64,000 nucleotides of DNA from Takakia lepidozioides (Eukaryota > Plantae > Bryophyta): NCBI GenBank assembly GCA_030704615.1, contig CM060732.1:29512001-29576000 (forward strand). The letters are read 5' to 3'. Made by a program: the position numbers and the translations under genes. The notes below the pieces were generated by a model. The model was given only the letters and a program-made list of their open reading frames with translations, did no database searches and was not told the origin of the DNA. Shown here one piece after another: positions 37,601 to 50,039 of the stretch (positions within the stretch are counted from its first letter, which is position 1; each line of letters opens with the position of its first letter).

Positions 37601-37790
37601 TGTTTCTGCAGAATTGTGGTGCTCTTCACCCTGATTTCCTCCATTCCTCTCACTCTCTTCATCTTAGACTCACAGAACTGCTTTGGCTGTAACAACTGCA
37701 GGAATGCCTGTAGTGCACAAAGCATAAACGTATGGTTGCCGCAGAAAGCTATGGGTAATCTCTTGTAAGCCTGCGGGGCTTGCAAGCATT
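34605..37790 (-). CDS. Extra 3' ORF of D, with ~0.5 kb missing near 36355-36410
   Basis: Collinear with C 22449-26116 except the segment corresponding to ~23830-24370. Confidence 0.7.
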
Positions 37791-38629
37791 GTTCAAGAGA
37801 AAAGCTCTGCTCTTCGTTTCGTGTCTATGCCACTGCGTAAGTAATATTGCGAGCGTATAGTCTGTTAGTTCCTCCATAGTTTCCAAGTTATAGCATTTAT
37901 GGCCTGTCCTGTCGAGACGCCCGTTACTCAGAACGACGCCGCCTCTTGCGCTCAATTTTCCCTCCATTTTCTTGATCATTTCTCTGGTTTTCTATTGGCT
38001 GTATCCGCTGTGACTGATTTTAATTTTATCTTCTTTAGTGGACTTTCCCTGTTGGATAGTCCACTAGGATCACACATGCGACATGAATTCCTTTTCTGTA
38101 CTTGCCGTTCGTTCTGTTTCCCTTTTTCCGTATTCATTAATGGGCCCGCCTTTCATCCCTTTTGACGGCCGTTCTTGTCCTCTTTCTTTTTGACACCTGT
38201 CCTTGCACTTCATTCTCTGCTGTGTGTCGCACCCTGACCTCCACGTGTCTATTTTTAAAGTAATTTCCGTTTCCTCTTCCGTCAGCCATTTTCCTGAAGT
38301 TTTTATGTGTCCACTTGTCACTGATTCTATGGATCGTGTAACTTTAGTAGGCTGTGTTGAGCTGTGACAGGCTGTGTCATACTGTGTTACTGTGATACTG
38401 TGAACTGTGCTGTGATAGGCTGTGACACGCTGTGGTAGGTTGTGATAGGCTGTGTCAATGGGCTGTGCTGTGTCACGTCGTGATGGGCTGTGCTGTGATG
38501 TGTGTGTGATAGGCTGTGATAGGCTGTGTCACGTTTGTTTTGCCCACCCTGGTCATATATGCTGGGCCTAGCGACAAGTGTTCCATACTCCGTTCGTAAC
38601 ACTGGTGCAGCCCGTGACTGCTCTTGCGG

Positions 38630-41600
38630 TTCAATGCAAATCATGCTGCAGGGTTTGTCATGGATACCACTGTACCCCTTCAACTTATTTGCATTGACTC
38701 TTCCCAGCATTTCTTTGTTAATGGTTTGTAACATGGCGTGTTGTTATCATACATCTTTTGTATGACATAAGGTCCTTTCCATGGTGATTTAAGCTTAGAA
38801 GCTTGAATCTTTCCTTTCTTCTGCAACCATAGAACCAAATCCCCCGTCTTAAAAGTCTTTAACTTGCCTTCATCAAACTGTTCCTTTCGCTTCATCTGAA
38901 TTCTGGTCATATTATCAGCTGCATCAGCACGTACTTCTTCCACATGGTATAATTCATGTTTCCTGACCTTGATGGAGTCTTGCAATTCCATTCTTTTTCC
39001 CCACTCCGTTCTCATGGTAGGTAACAGGAATTCCACTGGAAGTAAGGCTTCCATACCATAAACTAATTGGAATGGTGTATACTTAGTGGTGACTTTATAT
39101 GAAGTCCTGTATGACCACAAAGCTGTCAGCAGCTTTGTATCCCAATCCGTTCTGTTTGCATTGACTATCTTAGCCAAGATAGTACATAGTATTTTGTTGG
39201 TAGCCTCTGCCTGCCCATTACCCTGTGGGTAATATGTTGTACTCTTTCTATGCACAATCATAAACTCTTTAGTCAACAACTCAATGGTCTCATTCATGAA
39301 GTGACTTCCTTGATCACTGATAAATTCTAAGGGACATCCAAATCGTGTAAGTATGTTCTCGTACAGGAACCTTGCTGTGGACTTGGCTGTGTTGTCCCTC
39401 AAAGCTTTAGCTTCCACCCACTTTGTAGTATAATCAGTGGCTGTAATTATGTACCTGTTTCGTGTATTCTTGGATGGTGGATTAATTGGTCCAACAAAGT
39501 CTAGTCCCCATTTCTGAAATGGTTCCGTAGGCATTGTAGGATGCAAGGCCATTCTTCCAGATCTCTGCAAAGGTCCTAGCCTCTGACATTCATCACACTT
39601 CTGACAATACTCATGTACATCTTTGAACAAAGTAGGCCACCAGTATCCTGCGAGTAGTATCTTTCTACTGGTAGTCTCTTCTCCAAAATGACCTCCAGCC
39701 ACTCCTTTATGAACTTCCTCCAAGACTTTATTTACTTCATGGTGGTACAAGCATCGTTTTAGTACTCCATCAGGTCCTAACTTATACATTCTGCTTCCTA
39801 CCATAGTATAAGGTAAAGCTTGATAGCAATTCTCTTCCTCTGCTCCTTACCATAACTAGGTGGGCACTGACCATGAGCAAGGTAGTATCTGATTGGCCAC
39901 TGCCAATCTAACCATTCATCTGCACTTCCTTGCACCTCCATTACAAATAACTCGCATCAGGTAACTGATCGTCCACTCCTGTGGCGGCCTCTCCTGTTGT
40001 TAGTCGTGACAAATGATCTGCCACAAGATGCAAACGGCCAGGCTTGTAAATAACCTCGAACTCAAACTCATGCAAGATTATTAACCACCTCGCTATCCTT
40101 CCACTTATCAAAGGTTTGTTCACCAGATATATCAGAGCCTGGTGATCCACATAAACATAAACTTTCTTCCCAATAGGTAATGCCTGAATTTCTTCACTGC
40201 ATAGATCATTGCCAATGCTTCTCTTTCCGTTGTGCTATAGTTCCTCTCAGCACTGTTCATCAACCGGCTAGCATAGTACACAGGTGAATCTATATTCCCT
40301 GTAACATTCTGGGCTAACACCGCTCCCAACGCTTCTCCTGATGCATCGCAGTGAACATGAAATACTACATGCCAGTGAGGGTTAATCAGCACAGGTGTAG
40401 TTGTTACTGACAGTGTAAGTTCCTCAAACGCCTGTTGACATTCAGCTGTCCAGGCAAACACTGCATCTTTCTTCAGAAGCTTGCTCAATGGTGCTGCTAT
40501 TTGTGCATACCTTTTGACAAATCTTCTGTAATAACTGGTTTGCCCAAGGAATCTCCTTAACTCTTAACATTCACTGGTGGTGGAGAGGCTTTAATGGACT
40601 CTGTCTTCCTGGGATCCACAAGAAGTCCCTTCTTACACACAATGTGTCCCAGAAGCACCCCTGAGTTCACACAGAAAGTACACTTCTCTGGATTCAAGCC
40701 CAGACCTCTCATCCTGCATCTGGCCAGGCATAACTCCAATTTATGCAAGTGCTCATTCTTAGAGCTGTACACACTGAAATCATCCAAAAACACCTGCATG
40801 AAATCATCCAGATACTCATGAAAAGATTCACTTATCACTCTCTGAAAGGTCGCTGGTGCATTACAAAGTCCAAAGGGCATGACTTTGTATGCATAAGCCC
40901 CCCAGTCTGTGATGAAAGCTGTTTTCCCTTGGTCTTCTTCTGCCACTTGCACTTGATTAACCACTGAAGCCATCCATGAATGAGTACATCTCATGGCCTG
41001 CCACAGTGTCTAATACTGCTTCTGTGAATGGCAAAGGGAAAGGATCTTTCTTCGTACAAGCATTCAGCTTCTTATAGTTCACACATACTCTTAGTTTGCC
41101 ATTCTTCTTGGGAACTATAACAATGGGTGACAACCAAGTTTGTATACTCTATTGGGTATATAAACTTAGCCTCAGCCAACTTCTTTATCTCTTCTCCAAC
41201 CTTCTGTGCGTAGTTGGGATTCATTCTATACCTCGCCTGCTTGATTGGTACTGACCCTGGTTCCAGTTCAATCTTATGCTGACAGACTTCAGGTGGTATC
41301 CCTTTTAGATCCTCATAGCTCCAAGCAAATACATCTCTGTATTTGATGAACAAGCTTTTAGCTTCTTCGAAGAATTCCGGCTCCAAATCAGCTCCTACTT
41401 TCACCATCCTCGGTTCCTCCTGAGTTCCCACATTTACTTCTCTCACCTGCTCATCAGCTGTGATTGTCCAACCAGTCACCACTTCATCCTGTAAGCTCAC
41501 AGTGGCTGGTTCTTCTAGGATTTCTATTCTCCTCCTTTTCTTCATAGAAATGTGATGGGTAAAGCTGGTTTCCTCTTCAGTTGGTGTTGCTGTCACTACA

Positions 41601-44600
41601 CCACAGCAGATACCTCTCAAACAACTTAGGCTTTCCAGCCGCATCTCTGCAACCTGCTCCCACTCTGGGTGTGCAGCAAATAGGGTAGCTTCCTGCTCCT
41701 CATCCAGTCCTCCCTCCAGTCATACTCTCTGACTCCTCGAGGTCTTCTTGTAGCAGGTAATCTACTAGATTTCTTTGTGGTAATTTGTATCTCGTGCATC
41801 CCATTATGCACAGTTAGTAACTGAGAATTCCAGTCATGGAATACCCTGGCCTGTTTCAGCCACGGACGTCCCAATAATAAGGAGTAAGCCTCCATGACTT
41901 CATCCATTTTTAATACAGTTACTGTGATCATAAAGATCATTTTCTGTATCTGTATCTTAACTCCTCTTTATTAATCCCAATGGCTGTACACTTCTTTGAT
42001 CTGCCATTGTTACTGTAAATGGGGCTGGTTTCATGTTACTTAGACCAAGCTTCTTCCTTAATTGGTCTGTCATGATATTTACTCCAGAACCACCATCTAT
42101 CAGTACATCAGTTAGTTCTGTGCTTCCAATTCTCAATTGGATTACTGGCATAGAATCATCAAAGTCCATGACTGGTTCTCGCCCTTCCGGCTTCACATTA
42201 TAACTGGTCACCTTGCTGTTCAGTCTGTGTTTTCCTGTCTCTTGGGCAATTCGATTGATTGCCTGATACAGCCTGTGCCTACAATAAGGTGCCACAGCTA
42301 ATAGCTGTCCAATGGTAATTTCTGCTTTGGTCTGACATATTACTTCAGCCAAAGTCTCTTCATTACTTTGCATGTCTGCATCTTCTTTTTTTTCCTTTCT
42401 TCCTCACTCTTCTCTCCATCCGAATCAGAGGAATCTGCCACAGGAATATCAGTACTCTTTTGCATTTCCCTTATAGTATCTGCCACTTCCTTGTGCAGTT
42501 CCTTCTCATCTTTCCAAGTCTCTTCATCTTCAGGCATATCATTGCCACTTCCAGTCTCATCTTCTTCCTCTTCTACTGGAGGTATTAGTTTGGCTTTACT
42601 TCTTGTTACTATCATTGTACTTACTTCTGGTACAACACATGGCCTAACCATGTGAGCTGCCACCACTGGGCCCTCATTCACAGGAGCTCTCATCTCATTC
42701 TGGTGTCTTATCCAGAATGAACAGGCTGCCTTGCGATGTCCTGGCTGATTACAATAGTAACATAGCTCTTCACCATTGGGTCCTCGCCCTTGGTCTGTTC
42801 TTGGATTATTTCTATAATCCTGATTCCCGGGCTGGTAATTCCCCTTGGATTACCCTGATAGTTGCCTCTGGAATTTCCTTGGTAATTCCCTCTTGAATTA
42901 CCTCTCCCTTCCATGCCATTGTTATAACCACCAGACCTACCATAGTGGTCCTGATCATTGCTTCTTCTTGGCTGGGGCTGCACCTGATGCACCCTTACTT
43001 GCCTAGGTTCTCTTGCAGCTGTCCTTCTGTTGTAGTAACAATTCTCAGTAGAATGGTTATCCATTTTACAGATAGTACAGTGTTTCTCCTTCATGTGGCA
43101 TTCTGTGGTGGTATGGCCTTCATTCTGGCACTTTGCACACCATACACCCTTCCTCCAATGTGTTGCAGCCTCTGTGGCATACTTCTTCAAGATTTCTTCC
43201 AATTTTTTTCATAGTTATCCCTCTTCAACTTCTCCTTTCTCTTACTCTTTCTTTTTAGTTCTTGCTCTTCTTCTTCATCTGACTCATCCTCAGAGTCCTC
43301 ATCTTCTTTTTCTCTCTCCTGAGCATTCCCAATTGCTCAATTCTGTTCGCAGTTTCAAATGCCTCCTCCACTGTATTATGGGGTAACATATCCACTTTCT
43401 TTTGCAACTCTGGTCTTAGTCCACTCACAAACCAAGTCTTCTGTAAACCGGGCGCTGGTACTGCAGCCAGCTTTTTCATCATCAATTCCATCTTCTCCAT
43501 ATACTCTTCAACAGTTTCATGCTTCTTCTGCTTCAGCTGTTGTAAACTTCCATACACTTCATCCTCAGTTTTACTTGTCCTGAACCTATTTCGAAATGCT
43601 GTATTCAAGCCATTCCAGGTTAGGAAATGATTATCAGGGAATCTTGCATACCATTCACTTGCTTTCTTGATAAGTGAACAAGGAAACAGTCTCATCTTGG
43701 CATCATCGCCATTCTCATTGTTCACTATACACATGTGCTCAAATTGGCTAATGTGTACATCGGGATCCCCTTTTCCTGAATATATTGGAAAGGGTGGTTT
43801 TTGCCCGTGTTGGTTGTAACGCCATCTGTGGCCCTACCTTCTGCCCACTGACAGGTGCTGGCACCCTTGCTGGTGCTGGTCCTTCTGGACCTGTTGTTTT
43901 TTGTGGTGGATCTTCCACCAAGTGGTGGCCCTTGAGCACTCCCTGCTTCTGGCCCCACGATATTCACAGTATTCCCAGCTTCAGTTGCACTACTTCCCAC
44001 ACTCCCTGTCCCCCCAGAGCCAGATCCAGGCAGCCCGCCTGATCCCCCTGAGCCGACACCTTCGTTGGCCTGTGATCCAAGTGCTCCACTTGATCCAGGT
44101 CCAACGGGTTGGGATGTCCTGGTTGTAGTCTCAACCTCAGCTGTTGGGTCTACTTCTTCATATTCTTCCTCTTCCAATTTCTTCTCTCTGTTTTCATCCT
44201 CCAAGTTCTGCCCTTGGGTTTCTTCTTCACTCATGTAACTCAACTGTAATGGTGTTGGAGAGTCTGAACTCTCCGTTGGCTCTGCCACATCCTCTCTCCT
44301 TCTTCATCTTCTGCTTCAGAAACTGGAGTTCCTGCTTTTGGTGTTCCATGCCAACTCTTATCAAAGATTTCTGTCAAGTCTTTTATCCAAGGATGTACCT
44401 CAGATCTTTCACCTCGTGATTGATCTTCTTCCTGTACCAATTCCCTTAATCTTTCTTGCAAAGAAACAGAAGGAGTGGCATCCAACTCTAGTTCTTCCGG
44501 TATAGGTGATGCACTTTTGATCTTGATGGTGTGAGAGGGTCCAGATGATTCCCCTATGTCTATTCCTCTCTCCCAAAGATATGGATAATTAGCTTATAGC

Positions 44601-44652
44601 TTTCTCTTTTTGATGAATATCTTTGTCGTCTAGCTTCTCTTTCATCACTCAT
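38630..44652 (-). CDS. Gag-pol of D (frameshifted in this assembly)
   Basis: Integrase 38680-39804 (374-aa ORF); RNase H ~39941-40488; RT ~40557-41410 with VFLDDF; protease 41626-42373; gag ~42340-44652. Confidence 0.93.
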
Positions 44653-45368
44653 GTCCCATGTCTTTCATTTCTTTTAATGTGGCAATAACCAAAACTCTCT
44701 TCTGTAATATCTCTCGTATATGCCTGGGTTTTTTCAAGCTTCAATGCACCCTTGGCTATACTTGAAGTCTCCGTTACCATATAACCATATGGCAAACAAG
44801 TCTGAAAAGCTGTTCTTGGTGTGAGTTTGATCCACAAAATATCCTTTGGAATCCAATTCTTTACCAGTACAAGCTCTTCATGCATATGAGTATAAACATT
44901 CACCTTTCTTTCTTCCCAGCCTTCAAACTCTACTCGTTTAATGGATAGCAATGCTATCACATAAACCAATGTTGGTAACCAACGTGCTCTTCCTCTACAG
45001 GCTACCTGATAAATCTTTATCACTCCTTTCTCCAGACCCCATTCTGGATCAGCATCATGCACTCGTTTAAGAATATTTTCTTTACATCCGTCTGGCAATT
45101 CCAAGAACCTTTGAAAGAATTGTTTGGACAATCTTTCTTCCTTCGTTCCACAGGGAATTTGATTCACTTCAAATTCTTTAATGGTCCAACCACCATGATC
45201 CCACCAGATGCCTGTCACATCTGGTTGTTCATGTCCCAGGTCCCCAGTATGGTCGCCAAATGTCGCGCGGCTTTTACTCACCCATCCCTTCGCTATCCGA
45301 GGCGGAAACTCCAAGATAGAAGAGTTGGAAATCTCTAAGTACTCAGCCCGCGCAGAACAATCAGTCAT
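44649..45368 (-). CDS. Extra 5' ORF of D
   Basis: Same protein as 14877-15572 until a frameshift near the C-terminus. Confidence 0.55.
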   Translation of the reverse strand: MTDCSARAEYLEISNSSILEFPPRIAKGWVSKSRATFGDHTGDLGHEQPDVTGIWWDHGGWTIKEFEVNQIPCGTKEERLSKQFFQRFLELPDGCKENILKRVHDADPEWGLEKGVIKIYQVACRGRARWLPTLVYVIALLSIKRVEFEGWEERKVNVYTHMHEELVLVKNWIPKDILWIKLTPRTAFQTCLPYGYMVTETSSIAKGALKLEKTQAYTRDITEESFGYCHIKRNERHGT

Positions 45369-46208
45369 GACCTACAGCTAGTGTATCATGGGGGTGTTTC
45401 CTATTTGTTTCCCTTTTCGCATTCATCTTAGCTACCTTACATTGATAATTAAGTATCAGTTTGCTTCATCAATCTATCGGTTTCCTTCCTCATTCAATCC
45501 ACAGCTTCACTCAGATCTCTCTACACAGTGTGATTGTATCGTATAAGTATCAGATTATGATTTATCAGGTATCAGGCCGAAGCCATTATGTCTCTAATCT
45601 GCTCTACAATATCACTACAGCTTTGCATATAACAAGCATCTACTAATCCTCTTTCCTCCTTCATCGTGCTCTCCATCTATCTCCGCTCCCCTGACTCCGA
45701 AGTCCTCCCCGCCCCTTCATTCCCGTTTCTCCCTTTATCCTCCTATCCGCGGTTCTAACCGTTTCCCTCTCTAACCGTCGTATGTGAACTAACATGTTCC
45801 CTTCACAGGTGTTGTTCCCCACAGTCGTTCCCTGTCCTACTCTTCGTTCCCTATTATCGTGACAGCTGTGTCAAGCGTGACTGGCTGTGTTTGGCTGTGT
45901 CGGGCTGTGACTGGCTGTGGCTGTGGGGCTGTGACTGGCTGTGTGGGCTGTGTCTGCTGTGACGACTGTGACGGCTGTGCTGTGTGTTGTGACGGGCTGT
46001 GTGGGCTGTGTGGGCTGTGACGACTGTGACGGGCTGTGTTGGCTGTGTGTGTGACTGTGTGTCGGCTGTGTGGGCTGTGAAAATGTAACCCCCCTCTACA
46101 GTGCGCTGCTGTCACCCCTAAGGCTCCTGTTGGTCTCAGTCTGTGCAAAAATTAAGGGTACCCTACAGATCCCGTATAAGTGTCTAAGTCCCCTACAGTC
46201 CTCTAACA
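45261..46208 (-). repeat. 5' LTR of D
   Basis: Reverse complement of the C LTR, followed by the PBS. Confidence 0.93.
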
Positions 46209-46377
46209 ACCGAGTGCACACTTCCGTCAGCATTCGCGGCCATGGGACAATGACGGTGTTAAATACAAATAACTAGTTTATTCTACACTGCTTGACAGCT
46301 GTCGTGCGCATACATATCGCTACACAACTACATCGCTGTCCAAACCACACCACACATATATGCAGTAGTCTGCCACA
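46209..46377 (-). repeat. Partial 3' LTR of E
   Basis: Begins TGTGGCAGAC just after the G-rich tract; contains AATAAA; cut by the 5' LTR of D. Confidence 0.65.
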
Positions 46378-46624
46378 ATCGCCCCCCTAGCTGGTGGATA
46401 GGTCCCTCTACTCCAGATAGCTACAAGATGTAATAGCCACAGCCGTACTAAGTCCGTCCCTATTGTACTCAAACTCTAAGACCAAGAGGCCGGGTACAAG
46501 AGTAGCCCCATCGTTAGTCGCCGTCTTGCAATCTGTGAACTTGAGCCAGGATCTCGTGTGTTCAAGGTCTCCTAGTAGCTGGCCTTGCTTTCTTGTTAGC
46601 CTTCCATGGTTGTATCCACTCCCA

Positions 46625-46765
46625 CTATCCAATGCAATGTGGACATAACCAATCCCCATGGAACCATCTCAAGAGGTGGAGTCAAGCATCCCATATGCCA
46701 ACCTCTAGAGCATCGATCACACACCAGCATGGTGGCCCTTAGCAGACCCACACAACATGCACCTC
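46625..46765 (-). CDS. PHD finger at the C-terminus of E integrase
   Basis: Bridging small indels gives CMLCGS...TMLVCDRCSRGWHMGCLTPPLEMVP.GDWLCPHCIG*, a canonical C4HC3 PHD. Confidence 0.88.
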
Positions 46766-46799
46766 AAACTGCAGATACCACTGCCAGGTTTGGGTCAAT

Positions 46800-48039
46800 C
46801 CTGCCATCGACATTCGGAAGGTGACATGGCGCACAATTACGCACATGGTCCTTCCAAGTTATGCCATCCCGACCCTCCAAGACCAAGACGCCTGAGGGCA
46901 AACCTCTCGAACCCTCAAAATAACACGTCCTGCAGTCACATCCAAGGTCGTAGGAGCAGTCTGCTGCAGATAGACATAGTCACCAGGGTTGAATCTCCGA
47001 ACCCCAGGACGATAGCCCCCCACCACGTATGGTAGCATACCTCAACGTATCACGGTGTTGTGCAATGGCAAGGTTCTCGAAAGCCATGGGCATGACTTTC
47101 TTGAACAACTCTGCACGCTGCTCACATGCACGTGCCCACACGTCCGGATCGTCAAGGTTAAGAACTGTAGCAGCTTCTCTGCGAATGGATGTAGGCAAAT
47201 CCGGCTCTCGGCCAAAGAGAAGAAAGTATGGTGAGAAGGAGGCAAGTGATGCTTGCTTGCTGAACCTGTAGCCCATGGCTAACCAGGGTAACTGAAGGTC
47301 CCAATCTCCTAGGTGTCCCTTCTGCAAGCCATACTTGCGCAAACCCCTCTTTACTGTCTGAACAACTCTCTCTGCCAAGCCATCGGCCTCAGGATGATCC
47401 CGAGAAGTGGTGCGGTGGTCTATCAAGGCCTTGTCACACAAAGCCTGAAACTCCCCCAAGAACTCTCTCCCTTGGTCCGTGAGTACCTCAGCTGGAGCAC
47501 CGAATCGGCTAAGCACACAATCCAAGAATGCATACGCAGCTCCCTCACTAGCCTTATCAGGCAATGGAACCAATTCAATCCACTTGGAGAAGTGCTCCAC
47601 CATCACCAACACGTACTTGTTGTGGCGCATGGTCAGTGGCAACGGCCCTGCGAAGTCAAGACTCCACCTGTAGCCCAATCCCATGATCGGAAGAGGGCAA
47701 TTGTGGAGTAGGGGCGTTGAATGAAGCACGCACCCTGTCACACACCATGCACCTAGCCACAAATTGTTGCACCTCTGTGTGCATACCACGCCACCAATAC
47801 TGCCCCTGCAGTAGACTATGAGTGCGTCGCACCCCAAAATGCCCCAACTCCTCATGGGCATGCCGCACTAACCGTGCCCGCTGTGTTGGGTGAGGCACAA
47901 TCCTCACTCGACCATCCTCCCACACTCGGAGCAGGTGTGTCCCCTCCCACTTGAACCTCTTGGCTCGTTGTAGGATCCGATCCCTCTCCTTGGCAGTCAC
48001 AGTGGCTGCCGTGTCTCCAGTGCGGAGGTAGTCCAACAC
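46800..48039 (-). CDS. Integrase of E
   Basis: HEELGHFG...CMVC; WSLDFAGP...TDQGREF...DGLAER; SPYFLLFG. Confidence 0.93.
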
Positions 48040-48199
48040 AACTGAATCCTCATGTATATCTTTGGCGCCACCTTGCTCATTGCTGGCCTCAGGTCCTCAG
48101 ACACTTGATCTACAGTCATCCCTGTTGCAGGTCCAACCTGGCCGCTGCCAATACACAGAAATGCAGATGCATGCCATCCGGGCACCATCTCCTCGTCCG

Positions 48200-49650
48200 T
48201 CTCACCATGCCACCGAGCTCCAGTGTCATCCTGCTGGCTCGTGCATGGATTGCGACTCAACCCATCTGCATTGCGATTGACCAAACCCGGTCGATGCACA
48301 ACCTGAAAGTCATACTCTTGAAGGATGAGTGCCCACCGTGCAAGCTTCCCCGTAAGCTTGTCTGACTCCATCAACCTTGAGTGGTTGGTGATCCGTGACA
48401 AGGGTGAAGAGATTGCCGTATAGATAGCACCTGAAGTGTGCCACGGCCCACACTGCAGCTAAGCATTCTCCCTCATATGAGCTATACTTAGACTCTGCAG
48501 CGTTGTTCGAGCGGCTAGCATAAGCCACTACGAACTCTCTTCCCTCATCATCCACCTGTGTGAGCACCGCTCCAAGCCCCAGCATGCTCCAATCTGTATG
48601 CAGCTGAAAAGGACGCCCCCTGATAGGTCGTCTCAAGATGGGCGCCGAGGTCAACCTCGCCTTGAGCTCTTGAAAAGCTTGTTCTTGCTCATCTTCCCAC
48701 TGCCACTCCTCCTGGTCCACCTTGGTCAGCTTGGTTAGAGCCTTTGCAATGGCACTAAATCCCTTAACAAACCGTCTATAATAGTTTGCTAACCCCATGA
48801 AAGCTCGAACTCGGCTCACATCCGTGGGGCGTGGAACCTGTGCAATGGACTCTACCTTAGTCTGCTGTACCCCCAATCCTCCAGGATATATCATGTGACC
48901 CAGATACTCAATCTGGTTGTGGAAAAACTTGCACTTTCCCGGATGTAACTTCAATCCGTGCCCTCAAGCGCTCAAATACCCCTGAAGGTGTCTCTCATGC
49001 TCCTCCACCGTAGCACTAAAGATGATGATGTCATCTATGTAGCACCGAGCAAACTCCACCCCTGCTAGAATCCTGTCCATGACTCTTTGAAACTCAGCGG
49101 AGCGTTTTAAGCCCAAATGGTAAGAACCGCCACTGGTATAGGCAATCCTTCCCGTGCTCATTGATCCCCCAGAATGCCGTCTTTTGCTTATCCGCCTCCT
49201 TGATCGGCAACTGGTGATATCCGGATCGTAAATCCAACGTGCTAAAGACCTTGGCATGCCCAATGGCATCAAAGATCTCCTCTGGTGTCGGCATGGCATA
49301 CCTATCGGACTTGGTCTGACGATTTACAGGCCGGTAATCACCGCACATACGTCTCTCCGTCCAATTGCCATAGACATCCTTCTTGGCTGGCATCACTGTG
49401 GCTGAAGCATACTCTCCCCCAGATAGCTCCACCAAACCAGCCTCCCAAAGGTCCTGAGTCTCATCTGAATCAAGGAGGACCTCTCTATGTCATTGTATCT
49501 ATAGGGTCTCCGAAAGATTGGCGTAATCAGTAGCCAATTCAATGCGAATCTCTTGAGCCCTTCAGTGCTCTTAAGTCCTTCAAACTGAAGGCAAGCAGTT
49601 CCTGTAAGCCCTCAAGAACCGCCGTATACGTTGTCTCTCTCCTCCGGTGA
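48200..49650 (-). CDS. RT and RNase H of E
   Basis: RRMCGDYRPVN, DLRSGYHQ, LPFGLK, CYIDDIIIFS; HTDWS...YSSYEGECLA...TDHQPL...NADGLSR. Confidence 0.93.
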
Positions 49651-50039
49651 CTATAGGTCCAACATCAGGCTCCCAGTTGTCCTCCGTGACTGCAACCTTG
49701 AGTCCAGCAGGCTTAGAGGTAGAAGACGCGTCCCGTGGTTGCTATGCTGCAACCTCTTGAGCAGTGACCACTGCCTCCTCTGTCAGTGACAATGTCTCAT
49801 CCTGCCCCCATCATCCCATCCTTGAGGACCTCCTCATCCGAGAAAAATCCCCAAGCTGATCCATCACCGCCGCCTTGGCTGCCAACTCCTTTTGAACCTC
49901 GAGCACCTCCCACGTGTGCCATGGATGCGCCCTGCACCTCGTGGTCCTTACCTGCTCGCCCCCACTCGCTGCCTGTACCGTCTCGGTAGGCAGGGAGACC
50001 ATGAAGGGAAGTGTACTCCGTACTCTGCGTTGCTCAGCC

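Larger units (their letters stand above)
33668..46208 (-). mobile_element. Ty3/Gypsy element D, a family C copy in reverse orientation with non-matching flanks
   Basis: LTRs 33668-34583 and 45261-46208; PBS 45241-45258; PPT ~34587-34600; ORFs near-identical to C; flanks CTTCT vs ACCGA. Confidence 0.93.

Noticed and set aside
46290-46303. GCTTGACAGCTGTC in E's LTR resembling GCTTGACACAGCTGTC in family C LTRs
   Set aside because: Short, gapped and in opposite relative orientation; compatible with chance.
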